Shown piece by piece: positions 19,969-29,800 of a stretch of DNA of 60,584 nucleotides; position 1 is the stretch's first letter; each line of letters begins with the position of its first letter. The DNA comes from Cyclobacteriaceae bacterium. GTDB taxonomy: Bacteria > Bacteroidota > Bacteroidia > Cytophagales > Cyclobacteriaceae. A program made the translations under genes and the position numbers. Location of the stretch: NCBI GenBank assembly GCA_027067135.1, contig JAMOMJ010000456.1, forward strand, positions 1 through 60,584, written 5' to 3'. Below the pieces are notes generated by a model. It searched no databases, was not told the DNA's origin, and was given only the letters and a program-made list of their open reading frames with translations.

Positions 19969-21690
19969 TCATAAATAAAAGGCTGTTTTTCCATTAATAA
20001 CTGCCTCGCCTTCCCGGTATTCTACAGTACTTCCTGCCGGAATTACTATAATGAGCCGGGCTTCATCACCAGAAATGGTGAACTTACCTTCTGTTTCAAT
20101 ATTTTCAGAAACAGTTGTTCCTGTCAGTACATCAAACAGGTCTATGCTTTCATCTTTTTTGTTATGATAAATAATTTCCTTATTGCCTGGATAAGGGTTA
20201 TAGTATAAAAACATGGGGTAATTATGTTCTGCATAAAAATCAGTTGCCTGACAGTTTAGTTTAAGAATTTGCTCTACATTGGTTTCTTCTATAATTGCCC
20301 CGAAAATCCCTACATGAGCCGAGCCATAAATACTAAACATAGACTGTTCTGGTTGACTAACCACCCAATTAGGGCCGTCTCCCAAGGCTACAGGGCTTAC
20401 TCCTTTAAGGCTTTCTTTATTGTATGCATCAGTTTTTTTAACGCCTTCATATGCAATTACATTTTTGGTTATTTTCTTAAGTTCTGGCAGCCACTGGTTT
20501 TCATCAGGAATTTCATACGGATAACATAAGCGTGTGGCATTTGCAGTGTTCAGCGTCCATTTGCCTATTGTTTTGGCAAGTTGAGGATCGTATTTAACTA
20601 AAGGAACAAGTGGCCAGGCCATATCAAACGTGTTCATTAAAAAGCCGTACCCTCCTTCGTGGGTTAAACTTCCCTGCATTCCATGTATATCATATTCTCC
20701 CCATCTTTCACTCAAAATCCCCCATCCTGTTCTGCCATCCTCTGCTACACATCCATCATACGTCCAATCTAAAATTTTCATTACATCATAGCTGGTTCCC
20801 TGTTCCGCATTCATCCTTGCTGCTGTTAAGGCTCCAAAAGGCATTAGCACTTCATAAAACCTACTTTCTTTTTGGCTTAGTAGTGCTTCAAGAGCCGATT
20901 TCGCCCCATTTAGGTATTTTTCATCCCCAAATTTTTTGTAGGCGGCATATAACACATACGCATGTCCTGCGGCTGCATCTTGCTGGTATGGAATTTGGTT
21001 TCTTTTTCCTTCCATTACTGCATAATCAAAATAGGAGTAATCATAATTTCCAGCCAATACTGAATCTGCTTTATAAAATTGTTCTGCAATTGTTCTTTGT
21101 ATTTGGTCTGCACCATCTACCTCAGGGAATAATTCACAAACCGCATAATAAAGTACGTTAGGAAAAACATCGTACCACCAATCGCGCCCGTAACCGCCTC
21201 CAAGCATTGCAATACCGGGGTTGGTATTGTTCATTATTATGTTCCACCCATTATCAGAATTAAAATAGTTCTGCACCATTTTAACATAATTATAGCCATC
21301 CTGATTAGTCTTATCTATTCCTACCAGCCCTGCACCCATTATTGCGCCCAACGAAGCAAGTGCCTCGTGAAATTCGCCATTATTAATACCAGACCCCTGG
21401 CGTAAATCACCAATTACAGTAAATAACCCAAATGTGTTTTGCTCTATATTTCTGTGGGCACTATCAATCCAAATTAAAGGCAGATACTCACCTTTGGCAT
21501 TATGATTAAATACATAGCGGTCAAAGTTGATTGCCTTTTCTTTCCAATCCAGCATTTTATAGGGCGTGGGCTGATTGGGCATCCCTTCTACCCGCTTAAT
21601 TGCAACCTGTGTAACTGTTACAGGTTCAGGCTTATTACAACTAGCAATGGCTGAAATAATGATTAATAATAGTGTAGTATATCTGTTCAT
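19969..21690 (-). CDS. Lipoprotein of unassigned family, paralog of the N-terminal domain of 10967-14083 (candidate glycan-degrading enzyme)
   Basis: 573 aa with lipobox (IASCNK). It is collinear with the N-terminal ~540 aa of the T9SS protein and is the first gene upstream of susC in the same operon-like run. Confidence 0.6.
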   Translation of the reverse strand: MNRYTTLLLIIISAIASCNKPEPVTVTQVAIKRVEGMPNQPTPYKMLDWKEKAINFDRYVFNHNAKGEYLPLIWIDSAHRNIEQNTFGLFTVIGDLRQGSGINNGEFHEALASLGAIMGAGLVGIDKTNQDGYNYVKMVQNYFNSDNGWNIIMNNTNPGIAMLGGGYGRDWWYDVFPNVLYYAVCELFPEVDGADQIQRTIAEQFYKADSVLAGNYDYSYFDYAVMEGKRNQIPYQQDAAAGHAYVLYAAYKKFGDEKYLNGAKSALEALLSQKESRFYEVLMPFGALTAARMNAEQGTSYDVMKILDWTYDGCVAEDGRTGWGILSERWGEYDIHGMQGSLTHEGGYGFLMNTFDMAWPLVPLVKYDPQLAKTIGKWTLNTANATRLCYPYEIPDENQWLPELKKITKNVIAYEGVKKTDAYNKESLKGVSPVALGDGPNWVVSQPEQSMFSIYGSAHVGIFGAIIEETNVEQILKLNCQATDFYAEHNYPMFLYYNPYPGNKEIIYHNKKDESIDLFDVLTGTTVSENIETEGKFTISGDEARLIIVIPAGSTVEYREGEAVINGKTAFYL

Positions 21691-21696
21691 ATTATT

Positions 21697-23013
21697 TTAT
21701 GCGCTTTCTAATACAGGTTCATCTTTAGGGCCAGGTATTTTTTTAATTTCCTTTTGCTGGTTTGCTTCCTTAGTTATATGCTTGGCCACGGGTATAGAAA
21801 TTAATTGCAAGGCAGCTATAATTAGTATAGAATATTTTAGGGAGAAATCAATGGATACATAATTTGATAAGATAAGGAATAGTATCAATCCTAAAAATCT
21901 GCCTACAAACAAGCCAAATTCGTGATTAAAAATATAGGCAAATTCGCTTCTCTTTTCTTTTTTTACCAGAATATCAATTACTTTCATTTGAATAGGAAAA
22001 TAAGCGATGTCGTGCAGAGGTCTGAATAGCACCAGGCATAGCACGAATATCATTACACCTGTAGCTGAAAATAGCATAGCATTAGCAAAAGAGCCTATAA
22101 AAAAGATAAACAGACCTACTGTAAAAATGGCAATCCTGTGTTTGGGCTTGCTTACCCTGCCAAGTATATAAAGGGCAATAGCAGTTACAATTCCGCTAAT
22201 ACTTTGAATTACTCCTAATGAATTTTCATCTCCCAGTAATCGCATCACCAATATAGCTGGTGCCGTTACCAAAAAGCCCTGTGCCAGCCCTTTTAAACCA
22301 GACAGAAATAACATTTTATTCCAGAGCTTGTCGAATTTAAAATACACGAATTTTTTTTGTGTAGGGTTAGTAAATTTCCCTTTATGGATAATTAAACTTG
22401 ATAACACCGTAATAATAAGTACGCAATAAGTAACTATACGGTAGGCAGAAGCTATATCACCGTTTTTAAACCAGTCAAAACTTTGATAAGAAACCAAAAA
22501 CGAGCCAACGGCAAAAGGAACAATGATAGACGTGGTGGTAAAAAAGAAGGTTTCAAGGCCATAGTAGTAATTTCTATTATCATCTTTGGTAGTGATAAGT
22601 GCTAGAAAATCACGATTTGCCCAAAAGAAACCAAACGAACTGCCCATAATTAATCCGGCAAATGCCACACCGAATAAATCCATATTATCAAGCGACATCA
22701 TTACCAACATAGAAATACCGCTTAATATCATACCAAAACTATACAGGTTGGATATATTGAATTTGTTAAGCAAAAAACCATTGATTAAAAATGTAAAAGG
22801 GATACCAACATATAAAAACATTTGGTAAGTAGCTACCAAGTTGGGATCGTTTGAGCTACGCATAATGTATGCACTTACAAAAATATCTACAACGGGTAGT
22901 ACAAAAGCATACACCATATTGGTAACTAGCAATACCCGCATGTTGCGAGGCATACTTAAAAAGAAGTTGTACTCGATCAATGGCTTTTTTAAAATGTTTA
23001 AAATTGCTTTCAT
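21697..23013 (-). CDS. MFS transporter (probable oligosaccharide importer)
   Basis: 438 aa with ~12 hydrophobic helices, located between the cytoplasmic GH130 gene and the PUL outer-membrane genes. Confidence 0.7.
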   Translation of the reverse strand: MKAILNILKKPLIEYNFFLSMPRNMRVLLVTNMVYAFVLPVVDIFVSAYIMRSSNDPNLVATYQMFLYVGIPFTFLINGFLLNKFNISNLYSFGMILSGISMLVMMSLDNMDLFGVAFAGLIMGSSFGFFWANRDFLALITTKDDNRNYYYGLETFFFTTTSIIVPFAVGSFLVSYQSFDWFKNGDIASAYRIVTYCVLIITVLSSLIIHKGKFTNPTQKKFVYFKFDKLWNKMLFLSGLKGLAQGFLVTAPAILVMRLLGDENSLGVIQSISGIVTAIALYILGRVSKPKHRIAIFTVGLFIFFIGSFANAMLFSATGVMIFVLCLVLFRPLHDIAYFPIQMKVIDILVKKEKRSEFAYIFNHEFGLFVGRFLGLILFLILSNYVSIDFSLKYSILIIAALQLISIPVAKHITKEANQQKEIKKIPGPKDEPVLESA

Positions 23014-23022
23014 ATTATTTGT

Positions 23023-24081
23023 TTAGCTTTCCTGCTTATTGGTTAGTGTTTCCAGTATTTGTTTAATTGAGAAAGTTGCCCCACAAATAACTTCATCTGA
23101 TGCACCATAATAAATGGTAATGGTATCTCCATTTACTATATGCCCGTTTGTAAAAACAACATTGCCAAAAAAGCCTGTTTTTTCATAGTCCATAATGGGC
23201 TCCATAATAGGTTCTTCTGATCTGGCAATAACCTTTGAAGGGTCTTGCAGGTCGAATAATAATGCGCCCAAACAGTAACGATTTTCACTATTGGCTCCGT
23301 GGTATATTTCGAGCCAGCCTTTGGGTGTTTTAATAGGTGATGCCCCGGCTCCGATTCTGGCACTGTCCCATTTGCCTGGCCTAGTTACGGCAATACATAT
23401 ATGGTTTCCCCAATGCACTAAATCTTCCGATTCGGCCAGCCAAATATAATTCCCTCCTAAATCAGGGCTACTGGGTCGGTGCAGGGCATAATATTTACCA
23501 TTAATTTTTTCTTCAAACAGGGCACAATCTTTATTATGGGGCGAAAATATCATCCCTTTTCTGTTATACTCTTTCCAGTTATTGGTTTGAATGTACCCTA
23601 CTCCCACCCCTGTGCCTGATACCTTGGTATAGGTTAAATGGAACCCATCTTCGAAGGCTGCAACCCTGCAATCCTCAATACCATACGCTTCGGATTTGCC
23701 TTCTCCATATATAGGCGGAAATTCATTTTCTTCTTTAAAGTCAACACCATTAAGGCTGCTTACCAGCCTTAAATGCGACATAGTTGTTAAAAAATAATCT
23801 TCTTTATATTTAATAACCCTGGGATCGGAAAAGTCAAAATCAGGATCGTTTTTATCAAACGATATAATTTTTATACCCTTGCCATCCTCCAAAACAGGGA
23901 AACTAACTTTGCCTTCCTTTTGTACAGGGCGTTCTGCAACCCTAAGCAATAACCAAATTTTGCCTTTATATATAAAAACACCTGGATTTAGAAGACACTC
24001 TATCACCAAGCCCTCATTGCTTGGCTTAATGTCTTTTGGAGACATTATTGGGTTTTCTTTAAATCTTTTGGCAATATCCAT
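23023..24081 (-). CDS. GH130 family glycoside phosphorylase/hydrolase (beta-mannoside-type), cytoplasmic
   Basis: 352 aa with no signal peptide. The five-bladed propeller GH130-like sequence shows as NPGVFIYKGKIWLLLRVAE, GIEDCRVAAFEDGFHLTYT, ALHRPS, GAGASPIKTPKGWLEIYHGA and ITIYYGASDE. Whether it is a phosphorylase or a hydrolase cannot be decided by eye. Confidence 0.7.
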   Translation of the reverse strand: MDIAKRFKENPIMSPKDIKPSNEGLVIECLLNPGVFIYKGKIWLLLRVAERPVQKEGKVSFPVLEDGKGIKIISFDKNDPDFDFSDPRVIKYKEDYFLTTMSHLRLVSSLNGVDFKEENEFPPIYGEGKSEAYGIEDCRVAAFEDGFHLTYTKVSGTGVGVGYIQTNNWKEYNRKGMIFSPHNKDCALFEEKINGKYYALHRPSSPDLGGNYIWLAESEDLVHWGNHICIAVTRPGKWDSARIGAGASPIKTPKGWLEIYHGANSENRYCLGALLFDLQDPSKVIARSEEPIMEPIMDYEKTGFFGNVVFTNGHIVNGDTITIYYGASDEVICGATFSIKQILETLTNKQES

Positions 24082-24147
24082 TAAGGTGCAATTTGGCTTT
24101 GTGTTTTATTAGCTCAATAGTAAACATCCAAAGTTTTTGTGTAAATC

Positions 24148-24232
24148 AAGTGCTCTATAGTACCAAATTGGTTACTAATATAACTATGGTAATAAGGTGT
24201 ACACATTGGTACTATTGGTATCAATGTGTGTT
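24148..24232. repeat. Copy A of ~85-bp direct repeat, upstream of the GH130 operon
   Basis: Aligns with 24825-24909 at roughly 88% identity. It contains GTACCAA/TTGGTAC-type motifs (GTACCAAATTGGTTAC, CATTGGTACTATTGGTATC). Confidence 0.75.
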
Positions 24233-24236
24233 TTGG

Positions 24237-24698
24237 CTACAATATGCTGTCCTGACAAGGACTCACATCCTTTTCCAGTAGTTTCGTGATATCGCTTATC
24301 ACATTTTCCAGCTCTTCGGCAGCCCTTAATATCCTTTTGTTAACATCGTCCTTTTCGTCATTACTGATAGCATCTATATGTAATAACTTGGCTAATCCTA
24401 ATAATCGTGCAAGCGGGGCTCTTACTTTATGTGAATTTGAAAAGGCATATCCATCCAGTTTATTATGTAGGGTATGAATGGTTTTAGCTCGCTCTATAGC
24501 TGAACCTTTAAGCGATTTCAAAAGCCTGTTCATATTTTCATTTGTGTTTTCTAGTTCTTTTATTTTGTTTAGCAGGCAATTCATGTATTCCTTAAGAAGC
24601 AAAACATCGGGGCTTTGCAAAAATCTCTTAGTCTCATCGCCATTATATTTACTATTGTTTTTCCTTGAAATCTGCATTGGTAAACTAATTACTAACAA
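24237..24698 (-). CDS. Orphan histidine-kinase dimerisation/phosphoacceptor (DHp/HisKA)-only protein; no ATPase domain
   Basis: 153 aa. It has a coiled-coil-like N-terminus and an H-box (YAFSNSHKVRAPLARLLGL). The ORF ends ~55 aa after the H-box with no HATPase_c motifs (N, G1, G2). Confidence 0.55.
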   Translation of the reverse strand: MLVISLPMQISRKNNSKYNGDETKRFLQSPDVLLLKEYMNCLLNKIKELENTNENMNRLLKSLKGSAIERAKTIHTLHNKLDGYAFSNSHKVRAPLARLLGLAKLLHIDAISNDEKDDVNKRILRAAEELENVISDITKLLEKDVSPCQDSIL

Positions 24699-24824
24699 CT
24701 GTCACGCAAAAATTTACAAAACCTGCTCAAAACACAGATTCTCCCCAACCTGCCCTAAAATTGGAGCCAAGAAAAGCCTTTTACGTAAAATCGCTTAAAC
24801 TACTCTTGTAATATCCAAAACTTG

Positions 24825-24909
24825 CCTGCTATTTAAGTACTCTATAGTACCAAATGTGTTGCCAATACAGCTATGGTAATAAGGTGTACACATTGGCACT
24901 ATTGGTATC
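24825..24909. repeat. Copy B of ~85-bp direct repeat, upstream of the DHp-only gene
   Basis: See 24148-24232. It has the same orientation and sits 677 bp away. Confidence 0.75.
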
Positions 24910-24961
24910 GTATTCATTTAAAGGAATACGGTTACTTAGTAAAATAATATTTTAATGTATA

Positions 24962-26869
24962 ATGGAAGATTTTTTTAGACTGGGAGCACAAGTATTTATC
25001 GAACCCGGACAGGATAAAGAAAGGGTAGAAAAATGGTTTGGCTTATTGGCAGAACATGGTATGTCAACTTCCAGAATCAGGTTATTTGAAGATCATATTA
25101 GAGAGGAAGGTCAATGGAATTATGAATTATATGATTTTGCTTTTGATATGGCAGCCAAATACAATATTAAGTTACTGGTTACACTTTTCCCGTCAGACAA
25201 CTCTGTGGGCGGTTTTAAATTTCCACGAGATGAGAAACACCTGAATGAAATTGCTGACTATATTAAAAATGTAGTCAGGCATTTTAAGAACCACCCTGCA
25301 ATGGATTGTTGGGTTTTGCAAAATGAACCGGGAGTGGAAGAACGAACCAAAGCAGGTTTGGCAGAAGAAAAGTATAAGGCGTGGCTATCTGATAAGAAAA
25401 AAAACAGTGCACCTGCCCAAGAGTATATTAGCTGGGAATTATTTTTTAGAGATTATACAACCTGGTATTTAAAATGGATTGGAGAACAAATTAAACTATA
25501 TGATACCCAAAACCTTACCCATATAAATAACCACCAATTATTCAATAACCTGTCGCAATACGATTTTAATAATTGGATGCCGTTTTTGTCAACACTGGGA
25601 GTTTCTATTCATGCCTCCTGGCATTTAAGGGCTTTTGATAGGAAACAATATACTATGGCAATAGCGGCACATTGCGACATAATAAGGCAGGCAAGCCTGC
25701 CAAAGCCATTTTGGGTAACAGAACTGCAAGGAGGAAATAATATTTTTAGTGGGTTTGAACCTATGAGTGTATATGCTAAAGACATTGCCCAATGGGTTTG
25801 GACGAGTGTAATATGCGGAGCAGAAAGGGTGATTTTTTGGACACTTAACCCACGAGGCAAAGGGCACGAAACCGGTGAGTGGGGTATGATAACCTACCAG
25901 GATGAGCCTACTGAACGGCTATTAATGTCGAAAAAAATTGCAGATGTAATAAATGAAAACAAGCATTTTTTTAAGAAAGCACGGCCATTAGAACCGGCCG
26001 TAACCTTACTTTATTCCATCGAATCTATGTTAACACTTGAAAAAGTAATGTCAAACGAATTTGATGACGGGTATAAAGGCAGGAAACAAGGCGCACATAT
26101 TTTATCATTACTGGCCTATTACGAAACTTTATTAGAACTGGGAGTTCCTTGCGAGATTAAGGATATTAATGAATTTAAATGGGCAGAGGTTTCTTTAGGG
26201 CATACTGTAATTTTAGCAAATGTAGTATCTGTATTTTCGGGTATGACAGATGAAATTTGCACATTTGTTGAAAACGGCAACAAATTAATTATGACCGGAA
26301 TGACCGGTTTTTTTGATGAAAATATGCAAAACGTATATCAACAAAAATCTCCATTTAAGGAATTAACAGGAGCCGATTTAGCGGGGTTTGAGTTTGTTGG
26401 CGAATACGGTGAAATTGAAATAGATGGCTTTAAGCTGCCTGTTCACATGTTAAAAGGAGGGTTGAAAAATTATACAGGAAAAATTATTAGTAAATGCAAA
26501 GAAAAAGTAACGGGTGTAAGAAATACGTATGGCAATGGCACAGTAACCTGGATACCCTCTTTAATTGGCTTAGGTAGCTGGCAAAATAGTAATGAGGCAT
26601 TGGCCGACTTTTTACAAAACGAGCTTAGCAAAAGCTTTGACTGCCTTCCGTTCCTATTCGAAAAACATTTACCTAAGGTAATAATGAAAGTTCTTGAATT
26701 TGAAAAGGAGTATGTTTCTATGATTATTAATACCAATAATTGTGCAGTTGAGGTGCCATTATGTGTGCATACCAATAATAACCCGGTGGTTATTTTTGGA
26801 GAACCGGAGCAAATAGGAAATAAAATTATTGTAAATTCAGGCGATACAGTAATTATTAAGTGGGGTTAA
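24962..26869 (+). CDS. GH42-like (clan GH-A) glycoside hydrolase, cytoplasmic
   Basis: 635 aa with no signal peptide. WVLQNEPG (acid/base NE context) and PFWVTELQGG (nucleophile context) resemble GH42 beta-galactosidase motifs. A central segment (VTLLYSIES...) sits where the GH42 trimerisation domain lies. The family call is from motif memory. Confidence 0.55.
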   Translation: MEDFFRLGAQVFIEPGQDKERVEKWFGLLAEHGMSTSRIRLFEDHIREEGQWNYELYDFAFDMAAKYNIKLLVTLFPSDNSVGGFKFPRDEKHLNEIADYIKNVVRHFKNHPAMDCWVLQNEPGVEERTKAGLAEEKYKAWLSDKKKNSAPAQEYISWELFFRDYTTWYLKWIGEQIKLYDTQNLTHINNHQLFNNLSQYDFNNWMPFLSTLGVSIHASWHLRAFDRKQYTMAIAAHCDIIRQASLPKPFWVTELQGGNNIFSGFEPMSVYAKDIAQWVWTSVICGAERVIFWTLNPRGKGHETGEWGMITYQDEPTERLLMSKKIADVINENKHFFKKARPLEPAVTLLYSIESMLTLEKVMSNEFDDGYKGRKQGAHILSLLAYYETLLELGVPCEIKDINEFKWAEVSLGHTVILANVVSVFSGMTDEICTFVENGNKLIMTGMTGFFDENMQNVYQQKSPFKELTGADLAGFEFVGEYGEIEIDGFKLPVHMLKGGLKNYTGKIISKCKEKVTGVRNTYGNGTVTWIPSLIGLGSWQNSNEALADFLQNELSKSFDCLPFLFEKHLPKVIMKVLEFEKEYVSMIINTNNCAVEVPLCVHTNNNPVVIFGEPEQIGNKIIVNSGDTVIIKWG

Positions 26870-26870
26870 T

Positions 26871-29800
26871 ATGAGGCTAAAAGATGTAAATATTAGTATG
26901 CTAATATCTTTACTACATGCATTAAGGACATATTGCCTTACACCTAAATCCATCTTTATAGGGTTTTTACTTCTTTTTCTCCTTATAACTTCAGCAGATA
27001 CACATGCACAATATTGGAAATTAAAGAAAATTGACAACAATCAGGGGCTGTCAAATAGTGCTGTTACATCTATTTTTTTAGATAGCAAACAATATATGTG
27101 GTTTGGAACCTGGGATGGCCTAAACCGGTACGATGGCAAGCATGTATCTGTTTTTAAGCCCGATGGCTCTGTAAAAACAAGTATTGGCAATAATATTATC
27201 CGTGAAATATTCGAGGATAAAAATAATAACATGTGGGTAGTTACCGATAAAAACATCAACCAATACAAGCGTGATACCGAACAGTTTCAGGTGTTTTTAA
27301 ATTCTGATGATTATTCACCGGGTAAAGAGCGTATCATTAGAAGCAGCATAAGCAGAGACTCAATACTTTGGTGTAGCATTTATGACGTTGGAGTTGCTTA
27401 TTACTCAGAACAAAACAATGTGTTTGAGCAAATTAAAAGTACTAAAAACATTGATTCATTTTTAAAAAGAATAATTGGCATTAAGGCTTTTTCGAAACAG
27501 CGGCTTGCTTTATTAACCGAAACAGGCAACCTTGTTACCCTTATAAAAGAAGATGAGTGGACTCCCGTTAGAATAGATTCGTTAGCAGCAATTTTTGATG
27601 TAATACCCGGCCAACATTGGTTTATCGACTTTAAAGGTAAGCCTATGCTGCTTATGTCAATTGAAAGTGGAGGGTTGCTATATATTAACCTGGATAATGG
27701 ATTATCTAAAACAATAGAAGCAGGCAATTCTGATTTTATAATTACCGAGATTTCTAAAAGCAAAAAAGAAGGCTTTCTGTGGTTAGGAACTGATAACGGG
27801 AAAATTTTAAAACTGTTTTTAAATAATAAAACCTCTATTAAAAACCTTGATTACCTGTTTCCGGAGTTGGCAAATGAAAAAGTAAAAATTTTAAAAATTT
27901 ATGAAGCAAGCCCTCATTTATTATGGATTGGCACCGATGGCAATGGTATTTTAGAATATACCACACAAGGAACGCCTTTTTCCTCCATCAAAAAAGGTGA
28001 TATTGCCAAAGGTGAATTAAGCCATAGTATAGTTAGGGCTATTTATGAAGAGCCAACGGGAGAAATTATTGTTGGTACCAGGGGAAGCGGGTTAAATATA
28101 ATAGATAAAGACCTGTTGAAAACCAGGCTAATTACAACCAGCGAAGGGCTTTCGAACAATGCTGTGCTATCTATTGAAAAAGACAAACACAATAACTACT
28201 GGATTGGCCTTGATGGTGAGGGTATAGATTTTTTAGAAAAAGAAACAGGCAATATCCTGCACTTTCCCAATGATTTTATAAATGATGTAAACCTCACATT
28301 TAAATCGGTTTATGCTATTTGCATTGATTCTTACGAAAATATTTGGCTGGGCACCAGCGGGTATGGTGTTATAAAATTAAGTGTGTCAAAAAAAGGAAAC
28401 GGAAAATACGTTCTTGATAGTTTCAAACAATTTCGAAGCACATCAACAACAAATCATTTAAAAAGCAATATTGTGTATTCCATTGTGGAGGATCGTCCTA
28501 ATTTTTTATGGGTTGGAAGCCGTGGTGGGGGTGTGCAGCTACTTAATACGGTTACAAACGAGTTTTCTAATTTACCCAATAAAATTGACAGAGACGTTAT
28601 ATCGCTCTATAAAGCTGCATCGAATAAAGAATTGTGGGTTGGCACAAGCAACGGACTTTACAGGGTTGCCTTACAAAATAAGAACTATACTTTTAATTTG
28701 TACAACGAGGGTAACGGGTTGCCTAATAATACAATACACGCTATTCAGGAAGACAATGTTGGAAATATATGGGTAAGTACAAATAGAGGCTTATCTTATT
28801 GGAACAGGGAGCTTGACCAATTTAAAAACTTTAATAAAAACGATGGGCTTGCCGGAAATGAATACACTGACGGAGCTTCCTTTTTTGGGAAAAACTCAAA
28901 AAAAATATTCTTTGGGGGAATCAACGGCCTCACAATTATTAGACCCGAAAAAGTTAAAAATTCTGATAACCACCCCAGGTTGGCGTTGCAGGAGTTTAAA
29001 CTTTTCAACAAGCTTATAACCCCCGGAAATAAAAACGGGTTGCTTAAAAAGCATATTGACGATACCGATTCGCTGGTTTTTGAGAGCAACCAGAATTTTT
29101 TTAGTTTAAACTTTGCTGCACTTAACTATGTAAACAACGAAAAATCTGAATATGCATACTATTTAGAAGGCTTTGATAAGGAATGGATTCAGGCAGGAGC
29201 TCAACGTACAGCCTATTTTACCAATGTTCCTCCCGGAGAATATACCCTTAAATTAAAATGCACCAATCAGGATGGCATCTGGAACACAGCGTACAGGTCT
29301 ATTTCTATTATTATAAAGCCTCCGGTTTGGAAAACATTCGGAGCCTATATTATTTATGCAATTATTGGTTTACTGTTAGTTGTATTGGTTTACCTGTTTA
29401 TAAAAAGAAGAAACAGGATGCAACAGGAACTATATTTTGCACAGTTGGAAAAACGAAATATAGAGGAAATCAATAATTATAAACTTCGCTTTTTTACCAA
29501 TGTTTCACACGAATTCAGAACCCCGTTATCGCTTATACTAATCCCCGCCAATAAGCTTTTTGAAAAAAAGGAAAAATATCCGGAATTAAAATCATCGTTT
29601 GAAAGCATATTTTATAATACAAACAGGTTATTAAAACTAATTGGTGAATTAATTGAGTTTAGAAAAGCTGTTTCTGATCAGGTAAACCTAGCCGTAAGTA
29701 AAGGAAATATTTCTTTATTTGTAGAACAAATTACAACCGGTTTTTCTAATTATGCCGAAGCACATAGTGTAAGTATTGTGTTCGAAAACGACTTGGAAAG

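Noticed and set aside
20610-21161. Long antisense or alternative-frame ORFs inside larger genes (for example 20610-21161 at 183 aa, 44459-44890 at 143 aa, 46264-46710 at 148 aa, 55297-55731 at 144 aa, 1219-1512, 16116-16469 and 34258-34614)
   Set aside because: Each is fully embedded in a longer ORF with clear family-level similarity on the other strand or frame. Their sequences are low-complexity or atypical and lack recognisable motifs, so I treat them as shadow ORFs.
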